Positions 50,785 through 61,825 of a stretch of DNA of 64,000 bases are shown piece by piece. This DNA comes from an uncultured Planctomycetaceae bacterium. Its GTDB lineage: Bacteria > Planctomycetota > Planctomycetia > Isosphaerales > Isosphaeraceae. The number at the start of each line of letters is the position of its first letter. The stretch's first letter is position 1. Below the pieces are notes generated by a model. That model saw only the letters and a list, made by a program, of their open reading frames with translations, did not search any database and was not told the DNA's origin. The stretch lies in the NCBI GenBank assembly GCA_963833985.1, contig CAWIAD010000002.1, forward strand, positions 96,001 to 160,000. Reading direction: 5' to 3'. A program made the position numbers and the translations under genes.

Positions 50785-51123
50785 TCAGTCACTGCCCTCC
50801 TCCGCGATACCGAATTCATGGGAGATGATGGAATGAAGATCACGAGCACCATGCAGCACGCGGATGATTTCAATTCCGCCGGGCATCGGCCGGTAGAAAA
50901 CCAGATACTTCTTGAATCGTGTCATGGGCAGAAACGGAAGCTGGGCCAAAGCCCGATGATCGGGGTTATAGGCTGTCCTTATGCCCGGCATATTGGCCGG
51001 CTGGCGGAATAACTCTCCCGCTTGGGTTCGGAACCGCTGTACCGTCGCCGGGCTGCCCTGCCGGATGTCGTCGTAGGCGATGTCCACCAAATCGGTCGCA
51101 AGACGGCGAACGATACGGCTCAT
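50785..51123 (-). CDS. RelE/ParE family toxin (possibly degenerate)
   Basis: DLVDI, MPGI, FKKYLVFYRP...IEIIRVLHGARD; ATGA overlap with the antitoxin. Confidence 0.8.
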   Translation of the reverse strand: MSRIVRRLATDLVDIAYDDIRQGSPATVQRFRTQAGELFRQPANMPGIRTAYNPDHRALAQLPFLPMTRFKKYLVFYRPMPGGIEIIRVLHGARDLHSIISHEFGIAEEGSD

Positions 51124-51380
51124 GTCTGGGCTTGCTCGCGGGCATGCCGGCCGGCGGCTTCCTGCATCATGGAGTCCCAGTCTTCGCCGGTCATCTCGAC
51201 GGCGGGTCCTTGCAATCCTTCGAGCAGCATGGCTTCCAGCGCCTGCTTGGCCCGCCGCTTCTGATCCTCGCGGATCAAGGCCCGTAGGTACTCGCTGGCC
51301 GATGCGTAACCGTCGGCCGCCATCTGGGCTTCGACGAACGCCTTCATCTCGTCGGACAATGAGATATTCATAATTGTCAT
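51120..51380 (-). CDS. ParD family ribbon-helix-helix antitoxin
   Basis: MNISLSDEMKAFVEAQ...GYASASEYLRALIREDQ...LEAMLLEGL. Confidence 0.9.
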   Translation of the reverse strand: MTIMNISLSDEMKAFVEAQMAADGYASASEYLRALIREDQKRRAKQALEAMLLEGLQGPAVEMTGEDWDSMMQEAAGRHAREQAQT

Positions 51381-51402
51381 ATATGATCTCATCTCGGTTC
51401 TT

Positions 51403-51431
51403 ACCGTAGCATGAATGGCATCTTTTGCCAA
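51403..51431 (-). promoter_or_regulatory. Putative parDE promoter with overlapping operator palindrome
   Basis: TTGGCA-N17-TACGGT; TGGCA-N5-TGCCA inverted repeat at 51416-51430. Confidence 0.5.
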
Positions 51432-51489
51432 GTTCTGCGATGCGAGCGCGGCTTGCGACGGCGCGGGCCGGATCTCGGGGAAATACCAG

Positions 51490-51690
51490 CCCCTGCCAGG
51501 ATTGAGGATTTCGGCCAGGAGTGGAAAGATGGTCCAGCTCGAGGTGGCCAGCATCACGAAGGTGACGAGCATCGTCGCGGAGATGGCCAGCAGAGGCACA
51601 CCCTCGGGGTGGCGAATCCGCCGCTCCGCGTTCGCGTCCGTCGAGATCGGCTTGCAGTGGGAGCGGAGCAACGCTCCAGGGAGGGCTCAT
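51490..51690 (-). pseudogene. Truncated paralog (first TM helix only) of the 49960-50469 membrane gene
   Basis: 51511-51609 matches 50276-50374 at 81/99 nt; PEGVPLLAI...TFVMLATSSWTIFP. Confidence 0.75.
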
Positions 51691-51850
51691 GAGCTGCCAT
51701 CGACAACTGTTGCATTGTCTCGCAGCAGGTGACGCGCCCACGCGGCCAGCCGCCAGAATCCTTTTCGGCCGCCGATTGCCAGGCAGGCCGGCAATGCCGA
51801 CAATCGATGCCCGCCGGGGACACCACCACCGCGTCCGCGAGGAGAGCCAG

Positions 51851-53123
51851 ATGCGCCGGAGTTTCAACGTGCTGCTGTCTTGTTGCGTGACGCTCGCGGT
51901 GGCCTCCACAGCCGTGCGGAGCCCGGCCAGGGGCGACGAGCCGCCCGCGGTTTCCGTCTCCGAGCGCGCCGCCCGGGTGCACGCCGCGGGAATGCTCTGG
52001 GACGGCCACAACGATCTCCCCTGGCGGCTGCGCACCGAGGGCGACATGGCCCTGAGGAAGTTCGACCTCTCCAGGCGGCTCGATTCCGGTCAGACCGACA
52101 TCCCTCGCCTCCGCGCGGGGGGCGTGAAGGTCCAGTTCTGGTCGGTCTACATCCCCAGCGAGCACCCCAACCCCGCGCCACGGTCACCGAGCAGATCGAC
52201 CTGGTCCACAGGCTCGTCGAGAAGTACCCCGCCGACCTGGAACTGGCGCTCTCGGCCGATGACGTCGAGCGCATCGTCAAGTCGGGGAAAATTGCCTCGC
52301 TCATCGGCATCGAGGGAGGTGTGGCCATCGAGAACAGCCTCGCCCAGTTGCGTGCGTTCTCCCAGCTCGGCACCGCTACATGACGCTCACGCACAACGCG
52401 ACGCTCGAATGGGCCGATGCGGCGAACGATGCCCAGAAGCACGACGGACTGACCGCGTTCGGCGAGCGCGTGGTCCGGGAGATGAACCGGCTGGGGATGC
52501 TCGTCGATATTTCGCACGTCTCGCCCGCGACCATGGCCGACGCCCTGCGCGTCACTCAGGCTCCCGTCATTGCCAGCCACTCCAGCGCCTACGCTCTGTG
52601 CCCGTCGCCGCGCAACGTCCCGGACGACATCCTGGTCAAGGTGAAGCAAAACGGCGGCGTGATCATGGTCAACTTCTTCTCGGGCTTCATCGTCGCCGAT
52701 GCGGCGCGCGCGGCGAAGGCGATGATGGACGAGGCACGGGCGAAGTACACCGATCCCGCGGAGCGCAAAGGTGCGATGGAAAAATGGTACCGGACCGAGG
52801 GCAAGAAGCAGCCGCGCGGTACCGTCGCCGACGTGGCCAACCACATCGACCACATCGTGCAGGTTGCCGGCATCGACCACGTGGGCATCGGCTCGGACTT
52901 CGACGGCATCTCCCGCTGGCCGGTGGGCCTGGAAGACGTTTCCTGCTACCCCCGTCTCACCGAGGCGCTGCTGAATCGAGGATACTCCGAGCCCGACATC
53001 CACAAGATTCTCGGCGGCAACATCCTCCGCGTCTTCCGCGAGGCCGGCAATGTGGGCCGCCGGCTACGGCAGACGACCGCGCCCGAGGTGGATGAGATCA
53101 AGGCGGAGAAAAAAGAAGACTGA
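51851..53123 (+). CDS. Membrane dipeptidase (M19), exported; apparent frameshifts near 52175 and 52372
   Basis: [55 protein letters not shown] across three frames. Confidence 0.88.
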
Positions 53124-53390
53124 TTTGAAATCGGCCCGCACCTGGGTCAAGGTGAGGCCGAGATTTCGCCCGAAGACTTGATGAAATCCTAAAGCCATAC
53201 GCACCGGGTAGGTCGCGCGCTCTGTCCATCCGGGCTCCAGCAGTCGCTCACGCCCATGGCTTTGCACCCCTGCCCTGTTCGAAGATAGAGACATTCCCGC
53301 AGAACGCAGGTGCTTCGCAGGTTCGCAATCGTTCTTTGACAGGCATTCAGTCGGATGATGCGATCCTGGATGACCGGGAGGCCGCCCTTT

Positions 53391-53514
53391 GTGGGCCAAG
53401 ATACCCAATCGTGTCACTTCGTCGATCTCCTCGTGGGGTACGATTCCAATCGTGTCACTTCGTCGATCTGATGAACCTGGAATGGCACGATTGGAATCGT
53501 ACCCCACGAGGAGA
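53391..53514. repeat. REP/REPIN-like element with a perfect 29-bp inverted repeat and an upstream partial direct copy
   Basis: tctcctcgtggggtacgattccaatcgtg (53426-53454) and cacgattggaatcgtaccccacgaggaga (53486-53514). Confidence 0.85.
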
Positions 53515-53589
53515 GCGGCCAGGCAGGGCTCTCAGCCCCGGGCAAGCGTACGGCAATCCTGTCCAAAGACTTCTGCGGATCTGCTTAGC

Positions 53590-54978
53590 TTAGAGACCCT
53601 TGAGATACTCGATCAGGTCCATGCGCTCGTCTTCCTTCAGCTTGTCGCCGAAGGTATGGCCCTGATTGCCCAGGCCGAACCGCGCGGTGTCGTAGACGTA
53701 GTGCGCGTCGTGGATCGATTTCTTCGACGCCAGCTCCGCGTCGCTCGGCTCACGGTACTTCCAGCCGACGCCGCGGGTGTCGTAATGCTCGAAGCTGGTC
53801 GAAGCCGGTCGCGTGAAGCGCCGGGGCGCGTCGCTGACTTCAGCAAGGCGTGAAGCGTGGGTACGGAGCCGTTGTGGAGATACGGAGCGCTCGCCCAGAT
53901 GCCGTCCAGGGGCGGGGCCTGGTAGCCGACGCGGACCGGATCCACGGGATGCTTCTCCCCGAACCATGTCGAGTTGTAGTGTTCGATGACCCGGTCGGAT
54001 ATTCCCAGCGAGCGGGCCGGGTCGGTACCAACGACGTCCAGCGGCACGATCTTGCTGGGATAAGACCGGCTCTCACCATAGCTGCCGTGGCACCGCGCAG
54101 TTCTGCTTGAAGACGGACTTGCCGCGCTCGGCCGCGGCGGTTTCGATGGAGAAGGGGTACTTCGGCGGCTCAAGACTCAGCAGGTAGGCCTGGATATCGC
54201 GGAAGGTTGGCTCCAGCTCCTTGAATTGCTCGAGCGTCTTCTCGCCCAGCAGGAACTGCATGTTCGAGCGCACGGAGGCGGCCGGGGTGCGGCCGTCGTA
54301 GTACATCGTCTTCTTGTGTTTGAGGTTCCACCAGGGAGGCGCATCAAGCTCTGGCAGGTTGGCCCCCAGAAGCAGGGGGAACCTGCGACGCGAGAGGTCC
54401 GCGTTGCGCAGGCTCAGCAGCACAGCGGCCATCATGCCAGCGTTCGTCGTCCCGCGCACGGTGTTGATGATGAACGGCACCAGGGGAACTCGCTTGCCGC
54501 TGGCACGGAACATGTCGTTGAAGAGCAGGTCGTAGTCGACCTGGGTGTTGCCCATGCCCACGTAGCTGCGGCCGCCGATCGAACCGCCGTGGCAGGCCAG
54601 GCAGTCAACCTGGATGCCGGTCTTCGTGCCGTCCGGCCTGCGCGACCAGCGCAGGCCCATGGGCAGGCCGCCGTTGGGGTAGGGAGCCGAATGCAGCCCG
54701 TAGTGGCGCTCGAAGGCGAGGGCATAACCGTCCGGGTCCTGATCCGGATCGGGTGCCGGCGTTCCCCAGAACCTGGCGACGCCGCGATAGGCATCGACCG
54801 ACCACTCGGCCCGGAGATAACTGTGCTCCAGGAGCGCGGAGCGGCCGCGCTCGGCTGCGGAGCGGTCCGCGGGCGACGAACCTGCCCACGCCGGAAGTGT
54901 CAGGCTCGCCAGTACCAGGGCCGGCAGCAAGGCAACCGGCCTTATGAACCAGGATGGCAAATTCAAGAGCACACGCAT
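53590..54978 (-). CDS. Exported di-heme cytochrome c of RoxA-like type; apparent frameshifts near 54090 and 53850
   Basis: CLACH; second CA.CH split by an indel; YQAPPLDGIWASAPYLHNGSVPTL; GNQGHTFG; LIEYLK. Confidence 0.8.
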
Positions 54979-55129
54979 GATGGCAGGACTTTCGCTCTGA
55001 TGCCCGCTTGGCGGAGAATTCAACTCCAGGGACCGCGGGGCGAGACGCCCCATATTGATTTATAGACACCGGCGGTGTCGGCGGGAATAAGTGGCATGCA
55101 AGTGCCCGCCGCGCCGGACAGTTTCTTGA

Positions 55130-55335
55130 TGCGGATCGTGAACCTGCCTCCCGAATCGATCTGCCTCGACTCCGACCCGATACGCATCGACCAGGTCTTC
55201 TCGAACCTGCTGAACAACGGTGCTGGCCGCCGTCACCGGTTCCGGCCAGACGGAGGACAGGCGGCAGGCCCAGGGGGCAGGATTCCGCCACCGCCTGGTC
55301 AAACCCGTCCGCCCCGGCGAGATGCTCCGCGTCAC
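55130..55335 (+). pseudogene. Hybrid histidine kinase remnant (HATPase N-box fused to receiver C-terminus)
   Basis: DPIRIDQVFSNLLNN abutting LAAVTGSGQTEDRRQAQGAGFRHRLVKPV. Confidence 0.7.
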
Positions 55336-55516
55336 TGCCGACGTCCCGCGCCGCGGGCGAGCCGCAAGCCGCTCCGGACACGGACTGCGGCACTGCCGGA
55401 AAAAGATGCTTCCGTCAACGGATGTGCATCGACATTGCGATTTCAGGTGGCTAGAATTGGCCAATCGTCGCCACTCTGCCGCCACGACTTCCAATAGATA
55501 AAGAACCGGGCAGGGC

Positions 55517-56033
55517 ATGGAGGCCACTGCCCGTGACTTGCTGGAAGCGGCTTTCCTGTCAGGGGACACCGCCATGGGACCTGCCGAAATCGTCGCCAGC
55601 CTCAAGGAACTTTGCCGCCGAGAAGGGCCCCCGGCTGACCACCGAGGACATCGTGGCCTGGATCGACCGGCTGGAGGGCTTTGAAAGCTCCGCGGAGCTG
55701 ATCCAGTACGCCAAGAAGATGAAGGCGCGCCAGTACGCTCGCATGCTCGAGTTCGAGGACGAGAAATCGGGCCTGAGCATCAAGCGGCTCTGGAGCTTTT
55801 ACGACTCCCGGCGCGCGCGGCGGTTCTACATGGACATCCTGGAGATGCCCGACGAGCAGCGGACGCGGCTCATCCGCCAGTACGCGAAGTTCCTCAAGCA
55901 GCTTCGCTCCGTCCGCAAGGCCATGGCCGACTACTTCGCCGGCCAGCGCTTCTTCGATTTCTACCCTGGTGAGAACGAAGAGGAGAGCGAAGAGGCAGCC
56001 CCCCGCGCGAGAGCCTCTTCCAGGCAGCGCTAG
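55517..56033 (+). CDS. Hypothetical protein; apparent frameshift near 55610
   Basis: MEATARDLLEAAF...SLKE then FAAEKGPRLTTEDIVAWID...; host-like codon usage. Confidence 0.6.
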
Positions 56034-56234
56034 CGACAGGAGCGGCCAAGCCGATCGCGAAGTGCTGGCGTGCGTTTCACAGATGCGCGGATCTCTCGGG
56101 CGCGGCCACAACGCACAGCCACTTACTCGCTCCAGGCGTGTGCCCCACGGCGGACCTGCTTACCCCTGAACAGACTGCCCGCGTCTCGCCAGTTGCTCTC
56201 CGGAGCTTCTCGTGAGGTCACGCTCCGTCCCACC

Positions 56235-56537
56235 TCACCGACGAGGTTTCTCGATCAGGATCTCGGCCAGCTCAAGCGTCTCACCGGGCTTGACGCTGAA
56301 TTCTTTGCGGACTGCGAAGCTATAGGAATGGCCTGGGTCGCGGGGAAGCGTCGAGTCGCGGACCTGATAGGTTGCCCCGGGGATCAGGTCGGGGAAAACC
56401 ACCCGCCCTTGCGCATCCGAGGTGGGATAGGTCGCGTAGTGAGCGGGGTCGATGCCCGCCGGGTAGAGCACCTCGGCAGGCAGGCCATTTGCCTTCTCCG
56501 GCCCGGATTCAACCTCTGATGCAGGAGTCGCCATCAT
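56235..56537 (-). pseudogene. C-terminal fragment of a large beta-sandwich repeat protein
   Basis: SDAQGRVVFPDLIPGATY...KEFSVKPGETLEL resembles carboxypeptidase-regulatory-like C-termini; upstream frame broken. Confidence 0.5.
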
Positions 56538-56789
56538 CCCGATACTGGCCCGGGACGTATAGCGTTTATCCCGGGTTGAGGCTCAAGAAGAATCACCAGC
56601 AAGCATGGAGCTTCAGCCGCAACGTCATGGTCAGCCGGGCGCAGCAAGATGAGCCCCAGGCCACCCGAAGCCGAGAGGACGCTCGGCTGTCCCCCTTCGA
56701 TTCGTTTTGCGGTAAACTATGGCAGCAAGAGTCCGACTGAAAGCAAGTGGCAGAAAGGTGTGTCGGAATTCGGAAGGGACCGTGGAATC

Positions 56790-57107
56790 ATGGCGCGTCG
56801 GCGCAACTTCACTGTGCTGACGCCTCTGGGACACCAGGTTTTCCTCACGCGCGGCCGGTGACGACAAATCATTCGGTTCAAGCACCCGGCCCTTGCGGGC
56901 CACGAACACGAGGCCCGCGACTGCCTGGCAACACCTTCGCTGATCCGAGAAAGTGCCAAAGAGCCCGATGTTCACCTTTATTACGCTCCCGCGGCAGATC
57001 GGCATCTCTGCGTCGTCACAGCGCCCGCTGACGAGAAAGAACGCTTCGTCGTCACAGTCTATTTCACCAGGAACATCAAGTCGGGGAACGAACTATGGAA
57101 AAGCTGA
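56790..57107 (+). pseudogene. Putative toxin partner of DUF2283 with in-frame TGA at 56859-56861
   Basis: TPLGHQVFLTRGR*RQIIRFKHP...P..IRES..EPDV.LYY...LCVV...FVVTVYFT..IK.G.ELW; overlaps the DUF2283 start. Confidence 0.7.
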
Positions 57108-57313
57108 GGGTCTACTATGATCGTGAAGGGAACACCTTGAGTGTCTGGTTCGACGATCCAAAAAAGGAGTTTGTCTGCGAGGAAACCGACGACGACATCG
57201 TGCTGGTCAAGGACCGCGAGGGGCGAGTGATCGGCTTCGAGCGGCTCAATTATCTCTCAGCCAGGCAGAGAAAGTCTGGAGCCAACGTTCCCGTGGAAGT
57301 CCACATGGTTTGA
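57095..57313 (+). CDS. DUF2283 domain protein (putative antitoxin)
   Basis: VYYDREGNTL.VWF...DDIVLVKD.EGRVIGFE.L. Confidence 0.82.
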   Translation: MEKLRVYYDREGNTLSVWFDDPKKEFVCEETDDDIVLVKDREGRVIGFERLNYLSARQRKSGANVPVEVHMV

Positions 57314-57515
57314 GCACGGAGTGTTGAAAAAGGACCATCCAGCTTTCAATATGCGAACCCAATTGTCCTCCCATGCAACGGACGACTTTCTTGTATTCCC
57401 AGACGATGTGACGGTCTCCGGTGAACCGCACGATCGAGCCGGAGCCCTCAACTTCAGGTGCGCACTGTCTCAGCACCCGTCCACTTCTCTTGTCAGCGGA
57501 GAGGAGAGTTCGACC

Positions 57516-58778
57516 ATGGGCAAGCACCGCCGCCGGTTTCTCCAGACAGCGCTCGGCACGGCGTTTTTCGCAGCGGTAAGACCACGCGAGACAACCGCGC
57601 GCGAGCCGCACGCGCGCCTGACGATGAGCGAGCTCGAGCGCATTGCCGCGGCGCCGGTGCTTCAGGTGAGCGAGCTGACGGCGCCGGTGCTGATCAGCGA
57701 CATGGAGCTGCTGCGCAACGGGCACCAGTTCCTGGTCCGGGTGCGCTCGAAGGACGGCGCGGAGGGTCTGGCCGTTCCAAACTCCATGCACATCATCCAC
57801 ACCTACCCGATCTTTCTGAACCGGGTGGCGCCGTTCTTCCGGGGCAAGGATGCCCGCCAGCTTGAGCCCCTGCTCTGGGAGCTCTACCGGCACAACGACA
57901 ACTACAAGTACCAGGGGCTGGCGCTCTGGGTGTGCGTGGCGGCCGCCGAGTTCGCCGTCCTCGACCTCCTGGGGAAGCTCGCCGGCAAGTCCATCGGCAA
58001 CCTGCTGGGCGGCGTGAAGCGGACGGAAATTCCGGTCTATCGTGCCAGCGAACGACGGGGCAATACGCCCGAGGAGGAAATCGCGTTTCTTCAGCAGATC
58101 GTCGCCGAGAGCGGGGCCAAGGCGCTCAAGTTCCGCGTCGGCGGCAGGATGAGCCGCAATGCCGACTTGCTTCCCGGCCGTACGGAACGGCTCATCCCGC
58201 TGGTGCGCGAGACATTCGGGCCCGGCATGACGATCTATGCCGATTCGAACAGCTCGTACGACGTCCCCGAGGCCATCCGTGTGGGCCGGATCATGGAAGC
58301 GTATGATTATGGCTTCTATGAAGAACCGTGCCGGTTCGACCACCTGGAGGATACGAAGGCCGTCGCCGATGCCCTGCGGATTCCGGTCGCGGCCGGCGAG
58401 CAGGAGTTCAGCGAATACGGCTTCCGCTGGGTGATCGGCAACCACGGCGTCGACATCGTGCAGCCCGACTTGCACTATCACGGCGGCTTCATCCGCTCGC
58501 TGCGCATGGCGCGGATGGCTCACGCCGCTGGTCTGTTGTGCACGCCGCACATGTCCGGCTCGGGACTCGGCTACCTCGATGCGGTTCATTTCGTCTCGTG
58601 CATCGACAACCCCGTCCCGTTCACCGAGTTCAAGGGCAACGCCGACATCCCGGTGAGCAGTTCCGCGTCCTCGCTGAAGTGCGAGCACGGCACGGTCCGC
58701 GTGCCCACCGGACCGGGGTTCGGGATCGAGATCGATCCGAGCTTCGTCAAGGCATCCCGGAAAGTGACGACGTTCTGA
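57516..58778 (+). CDS. Mandelate racemase/muconate lactonizing enzyme family protein with Tat signal
   Basis: HRRRFL; DLLGK...LLGG, KxR, ADSN, YEEP, AAGEQ, DIVQPD, PTGPGFG. Confidence 0.88.
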   Translation: MGKHRRRFLQTALGTAFFAAVRPRETTAREPHARLTMSELERIAAAPVLQVSELTAPVLISDMELLRNGHQFLVRVRSKDGAEGLAVPNSMHIIHTYPIFLNRVAPFFRGKDARQLEPLLWELYRHNDNYKYQGLALWVCVAAAEFAVLDLLGKLAGKSIGNLLGGVKRTEIPVYRASERRGNTPEEEIAFLQQIVAESGAKALKFRVGGRMSRNADLLPGRTERLIPLVRETFGPGMTIYADSNSSYDVPEAIRVGRIMEAYDYGFYEEPCRFDHLEDTKAVADALRIPVAAGEQEFSEYGFRWVIGNHGVDIVQPDLHYHGGFIRSLRMARMAHAAGLLCTPHMSGSGLGYLDAVHFVSCIDNPVPFTEFKGNADIPVSSSASSLKCEHGTVRVPTGPGFGIEIDPSFVKASRKVTTF

Positions 58779-58919
58779 GTCGGCTGCAAGCGATTCCGAG
58801 GCGATCCTCATCCGCGCCGGGAGCGCTGTCGTCTTGACCGATCACCTTGCGGCTCGGGACAATGCACATTCTTTACCCGCGCCCGACCAATTTCCAGCAA
58901 GATGCGAGACGGCTCCGCT

Positions 58920-60162
58920 ATGCCCCCGACACGCGACGAGGAAACGGCTACTCTTCCCATACGCTCGCTGCACCAGGTGCCCGATCACCTGGGCCGGTTC
59001 GGCGCCTTCGGCGGCCGGTTCGTGCCCGAGACACTCATGGATGCGCTCAACCGGCTGTCCAAGGAGTATGAGGAAACGAAGGTCGATGCGGACTTTCAGA
59101 ACACCCTCAACGACTACCTGAAGCACTACGTCGGCCGGCCCTCGCCGCTTTACCTGGCCCAGCGACTCACCGAGTTTGCCGGCGGCGCCGAGATCTTTCT
59201 CAAGCGTGAAGACCTGAACCACACTGGTGCCCACAAGATCAACAACGCGATCGGCCAGGTGATGCTGGCGCGGCGCATGGGCAAGAAACGCGTGATCGCC
59301 GAGACGGGGGCGGGACAGCACGGCGTGGCCACAGCCACGGCCTGTGCACTTTTCGGCTTGGAATGCACGGTCTACATGGGCGAGGAAGACATCCGCCGCC
59401 AGAAGCTGAACGTCTTCAACATGCGGACCATGGGCGCGAAGGTCGTGCCGGTGACGACCGGTTCGCGCACCCTGCGCGACGCCACCAACGAGGCGATGCG
59501 CGACTGGATGGGGTCGTCCGCGGAAACGCACTACACCATCGGCAGCGTGGTCGGCCCGCATCCGTTCCCGATGATCGTCCGCGACTTCCAGTCTGTCATC
59601 GGCCAGGAGGCCCGCCAGCAGTTCCAGGATCGCTTTCATCGGCTGCCCGACGCCATCGTCGCCTGCGTGGGCGGGGGATCGAACGCGGCGGGCATCTTCT
59701 ACCCGTTCATCGAGGACGCCGCGGTCGAGCTCGATTGGCGCCGAGGCGGGCGGACGGGGGATGACCTCCGGCGATCATGCCTCGAGCCTGACCCAGGGCA
59801 CGCCGGGCGTGCTGCACGGCAGCTTCAGCTACGTGCTCCAGAACGAGGACGGCCAGACCGAGAACGTGCACTCGATCTCGGCCGGGCTCGATTACCCGGG
59901 CGTCGGACCGGAGCACAGCTACTGGAAAGATCAGGGGCGCGTCCGCTACGAGAACATCAGCGACGCCGAGGCGCTCGACGCCTATCACACGACGGCCCGC
60001 CGCGAAGGCATCCTGCCCGCGCTCGAATCGAGCCACGCACTGGCCCAGGCGTTCAAGGAAGCCCGCCGCCTCGGCTCCGGCAAGACCCTGATCGTCTGCC
60101 TGTCGGGCCGCGGCGACAAGGACGCGTACGAGGTGGCCCGGCTGCGCGGAGAGCCGATTTGA
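58920..60162 (+). CDS. trpB: Tryptophan synthase beta chain; apparent 1-bp insertion near 59732
   Basis: [31 protein letters not shown]; then second frame [32 protein letters not shown]. Confidence 0.93.
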
Positions 60163-60343
60163 GCAGTGGGCAGTCGGCAGTTTGTAGGGTGGGTCGAGCC
60201 GCAGGCGAGGCCCACCAGGGCGGCAGTGGGCAGTGGGCAGTCTTTGTAGGGCGGCAGTCGGCAGTGGGCAGTAGGCAGCGGGCAGTCTTTGTAGGGTGGG
60301 TCGAGCCGCAGGCGAGGCCCACCAGGGCGGCAGTGGGCAGTGG
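60163..60343. repeat. trpB-trpA spacer with two identical GTAG-type REPs and GGCAGTN heptamer arrays
   Basis: gtagggtgggtcgagccgcaggcgaggcccacc at 60184-60216 and 60291-60323; tandem ggcagtg/ggcagtc units. Confidence 0.88.
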
Positions 60344-60362
60344 ACGCGATGGCGGTTTTTGC

Positions 60363-61193
60363 ATGAACCGAATTGACATTCTCTTTGGTCGACTCAGGAA
60401 CTCTCGCCGGCGGGCGCTGATGCCGTTTGTGACCGCGGGTGATCCTGACCTTGCGACGACGGCACTCCTGATCAGGGAGATCGTGGAGCGCGGGGCGGAC
60501 CTGATCGAGGTCGGCATTCCCTATTCCGACCCGATCGCGGATGGGCCGGTGATCGCCGCGAGCTACCACCGTGCTCTGGAGCGCGGGGTGCGCGTGCAGC
60601 ACATCTTCCAGACCCTGAGGACGCTCCGCGCCGAGGAATCCGAACTGCTGCATGCCACGCCGCTGGTTTCGATGGTTTCGTATTCCATCATCCACAAGCT
60701 CGGCGTGGAGCGCTACCTGAACGAGGCCGCCACCGCGGGGCTGGACGGCCTGATCGTGCCCGACCTCCCGGTCGAGGAGTCCGAGTCGCTCATGAACAGG
60801 GCCACGGTCCGCGGGCTGAAACTGATCCAGCTCATCACGCCGACCACCCCCCGTGACCGTGCCGTCCAGATCGCCCGGCTGACCACCGGATTCATCTACT
60901 ACGTCTCGGTGGCCGGCATCACCGGTGAGCGCAGGAGCTTGCCGCCGGACCTGGTCGAGAACGTGGCCTGGCTGCGAACCCAGACCGATCTGCCGATCTG
61001 CATCGGCTTCGGCATCAGCGGGCCCGAGCAGGTGCGGCAGCTTGCGCCGGTGGCCGACGGCCTGATCGTCGGCAGCGCCTCGGTGCGCCGGCTCGCCGAG
61101 GCGGTCAACCGCCCACGTGGCGAAGTGGTCAAGGAGATTGGCCAGTTCATCGGCGAGCTGGCCGGAGCGCTCGATGACGCATCCGCCTCATAA
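60363..61193 (+). CDS. trpA: Tryptophan synthase alpha chain
   Basis: [47 protein letters not shown]. Confidence 0.96.
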   Translation: MNRIDILFGRLRNSRRRALMPFVTAGDPDLATTALLIREIVERGADLIEVGIPYSDPIADGPVIAASYHRALERGVRVQHIFQTLRTLRAEESELLHATPLVSMVSYSIIHKLGVERYLNEAATAGLDGLIVPDLPVEESESLMNRATVRGLKLIQLITPTTPRDRAVQIARLTTGFIYYVSVAGITGERRSLPPDLVENVAWLRTQTDLPICIGFGISGPEQVRQLAPVADGLIVGSASVRRLAEAVNRPRGEVVKEIGQFIGELAGALDDASAS

Positions 61194-61713
61194 TTCTCGA
61201 AAGACCTCTTCGTACATCGCGATGCCGCAACCGGAATGAAACCGCCAGATGCCCATCCAGCGCCGCTCTGGCTGGTTCACCGCATCGACAGGGTCGAGAC
61301 AGCCAAGCGCCAGGATGGTCGCCGACGAAAGCTCGCAGTGCTCTCCGCGCAACGGCTGGCTGCGGATGAACGCCCACACCGGCTCGAAGAGTGTCGCCGC
61401 CACGGACCGATCGTAGCGCGACAGCACGGCCTGGGCGATGGGTATCTCGGATGCCCCACCCTCGAAATCCATGCGGGGGTCTTCACCGCCCCGGTCCTGG
61501 GCGACGGAGTCGCCAGAACACCTCGGCGACCCGCTCCGGGTCGATGCGCTCGACCATCGGCAAGATCGTCTCACCACACCCCGAAGCCGTAGCCGTGTAA
61601 GCTGAGAGCTCAGAGCGGGGCGCGCCGTCGATCTCCTGGATGGCTCGATCGAGCACGGCGCGGGCCGCGCCAGGAATTTGGATCCATACTCCGAAATAAT
61701 TCAAGGTACTCAT
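61188..61713 (-). CDS. Hypothetical protein; apparent frameshift near 61510
   Basis: ORFs 61483-61725 and 61188-61577 plausibly join into one globular protein. Confidence 0.45.
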
Positions 61714-61825
61714 CTCGGTTTGCAATCGTCACTCGATTCATCCTGGACGCCTTCACGGTTATAATCGGTCTCGCCCGCGTGGAAATATCGGGCACCGGAC
61801 AAGCACTTCAGTACGAGCCCTCTCG

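Noticed and set aside
51120..51671. Membrane-anchored ParD fusion (183-aa ORF)
   Set aside because: The linker contains a promoter and operator-like palindrome just upstream of a normal-length ParD; the in-frame join is probably coincidental
58902..61193. 763-aa TrpB-TrpA fusion in the ORF track
   Set aside because: It results from a 1-bp insertion near 59732; the real TrpB C-terminus is in another frame ending at 60162, and the linker is translated repeat DNA
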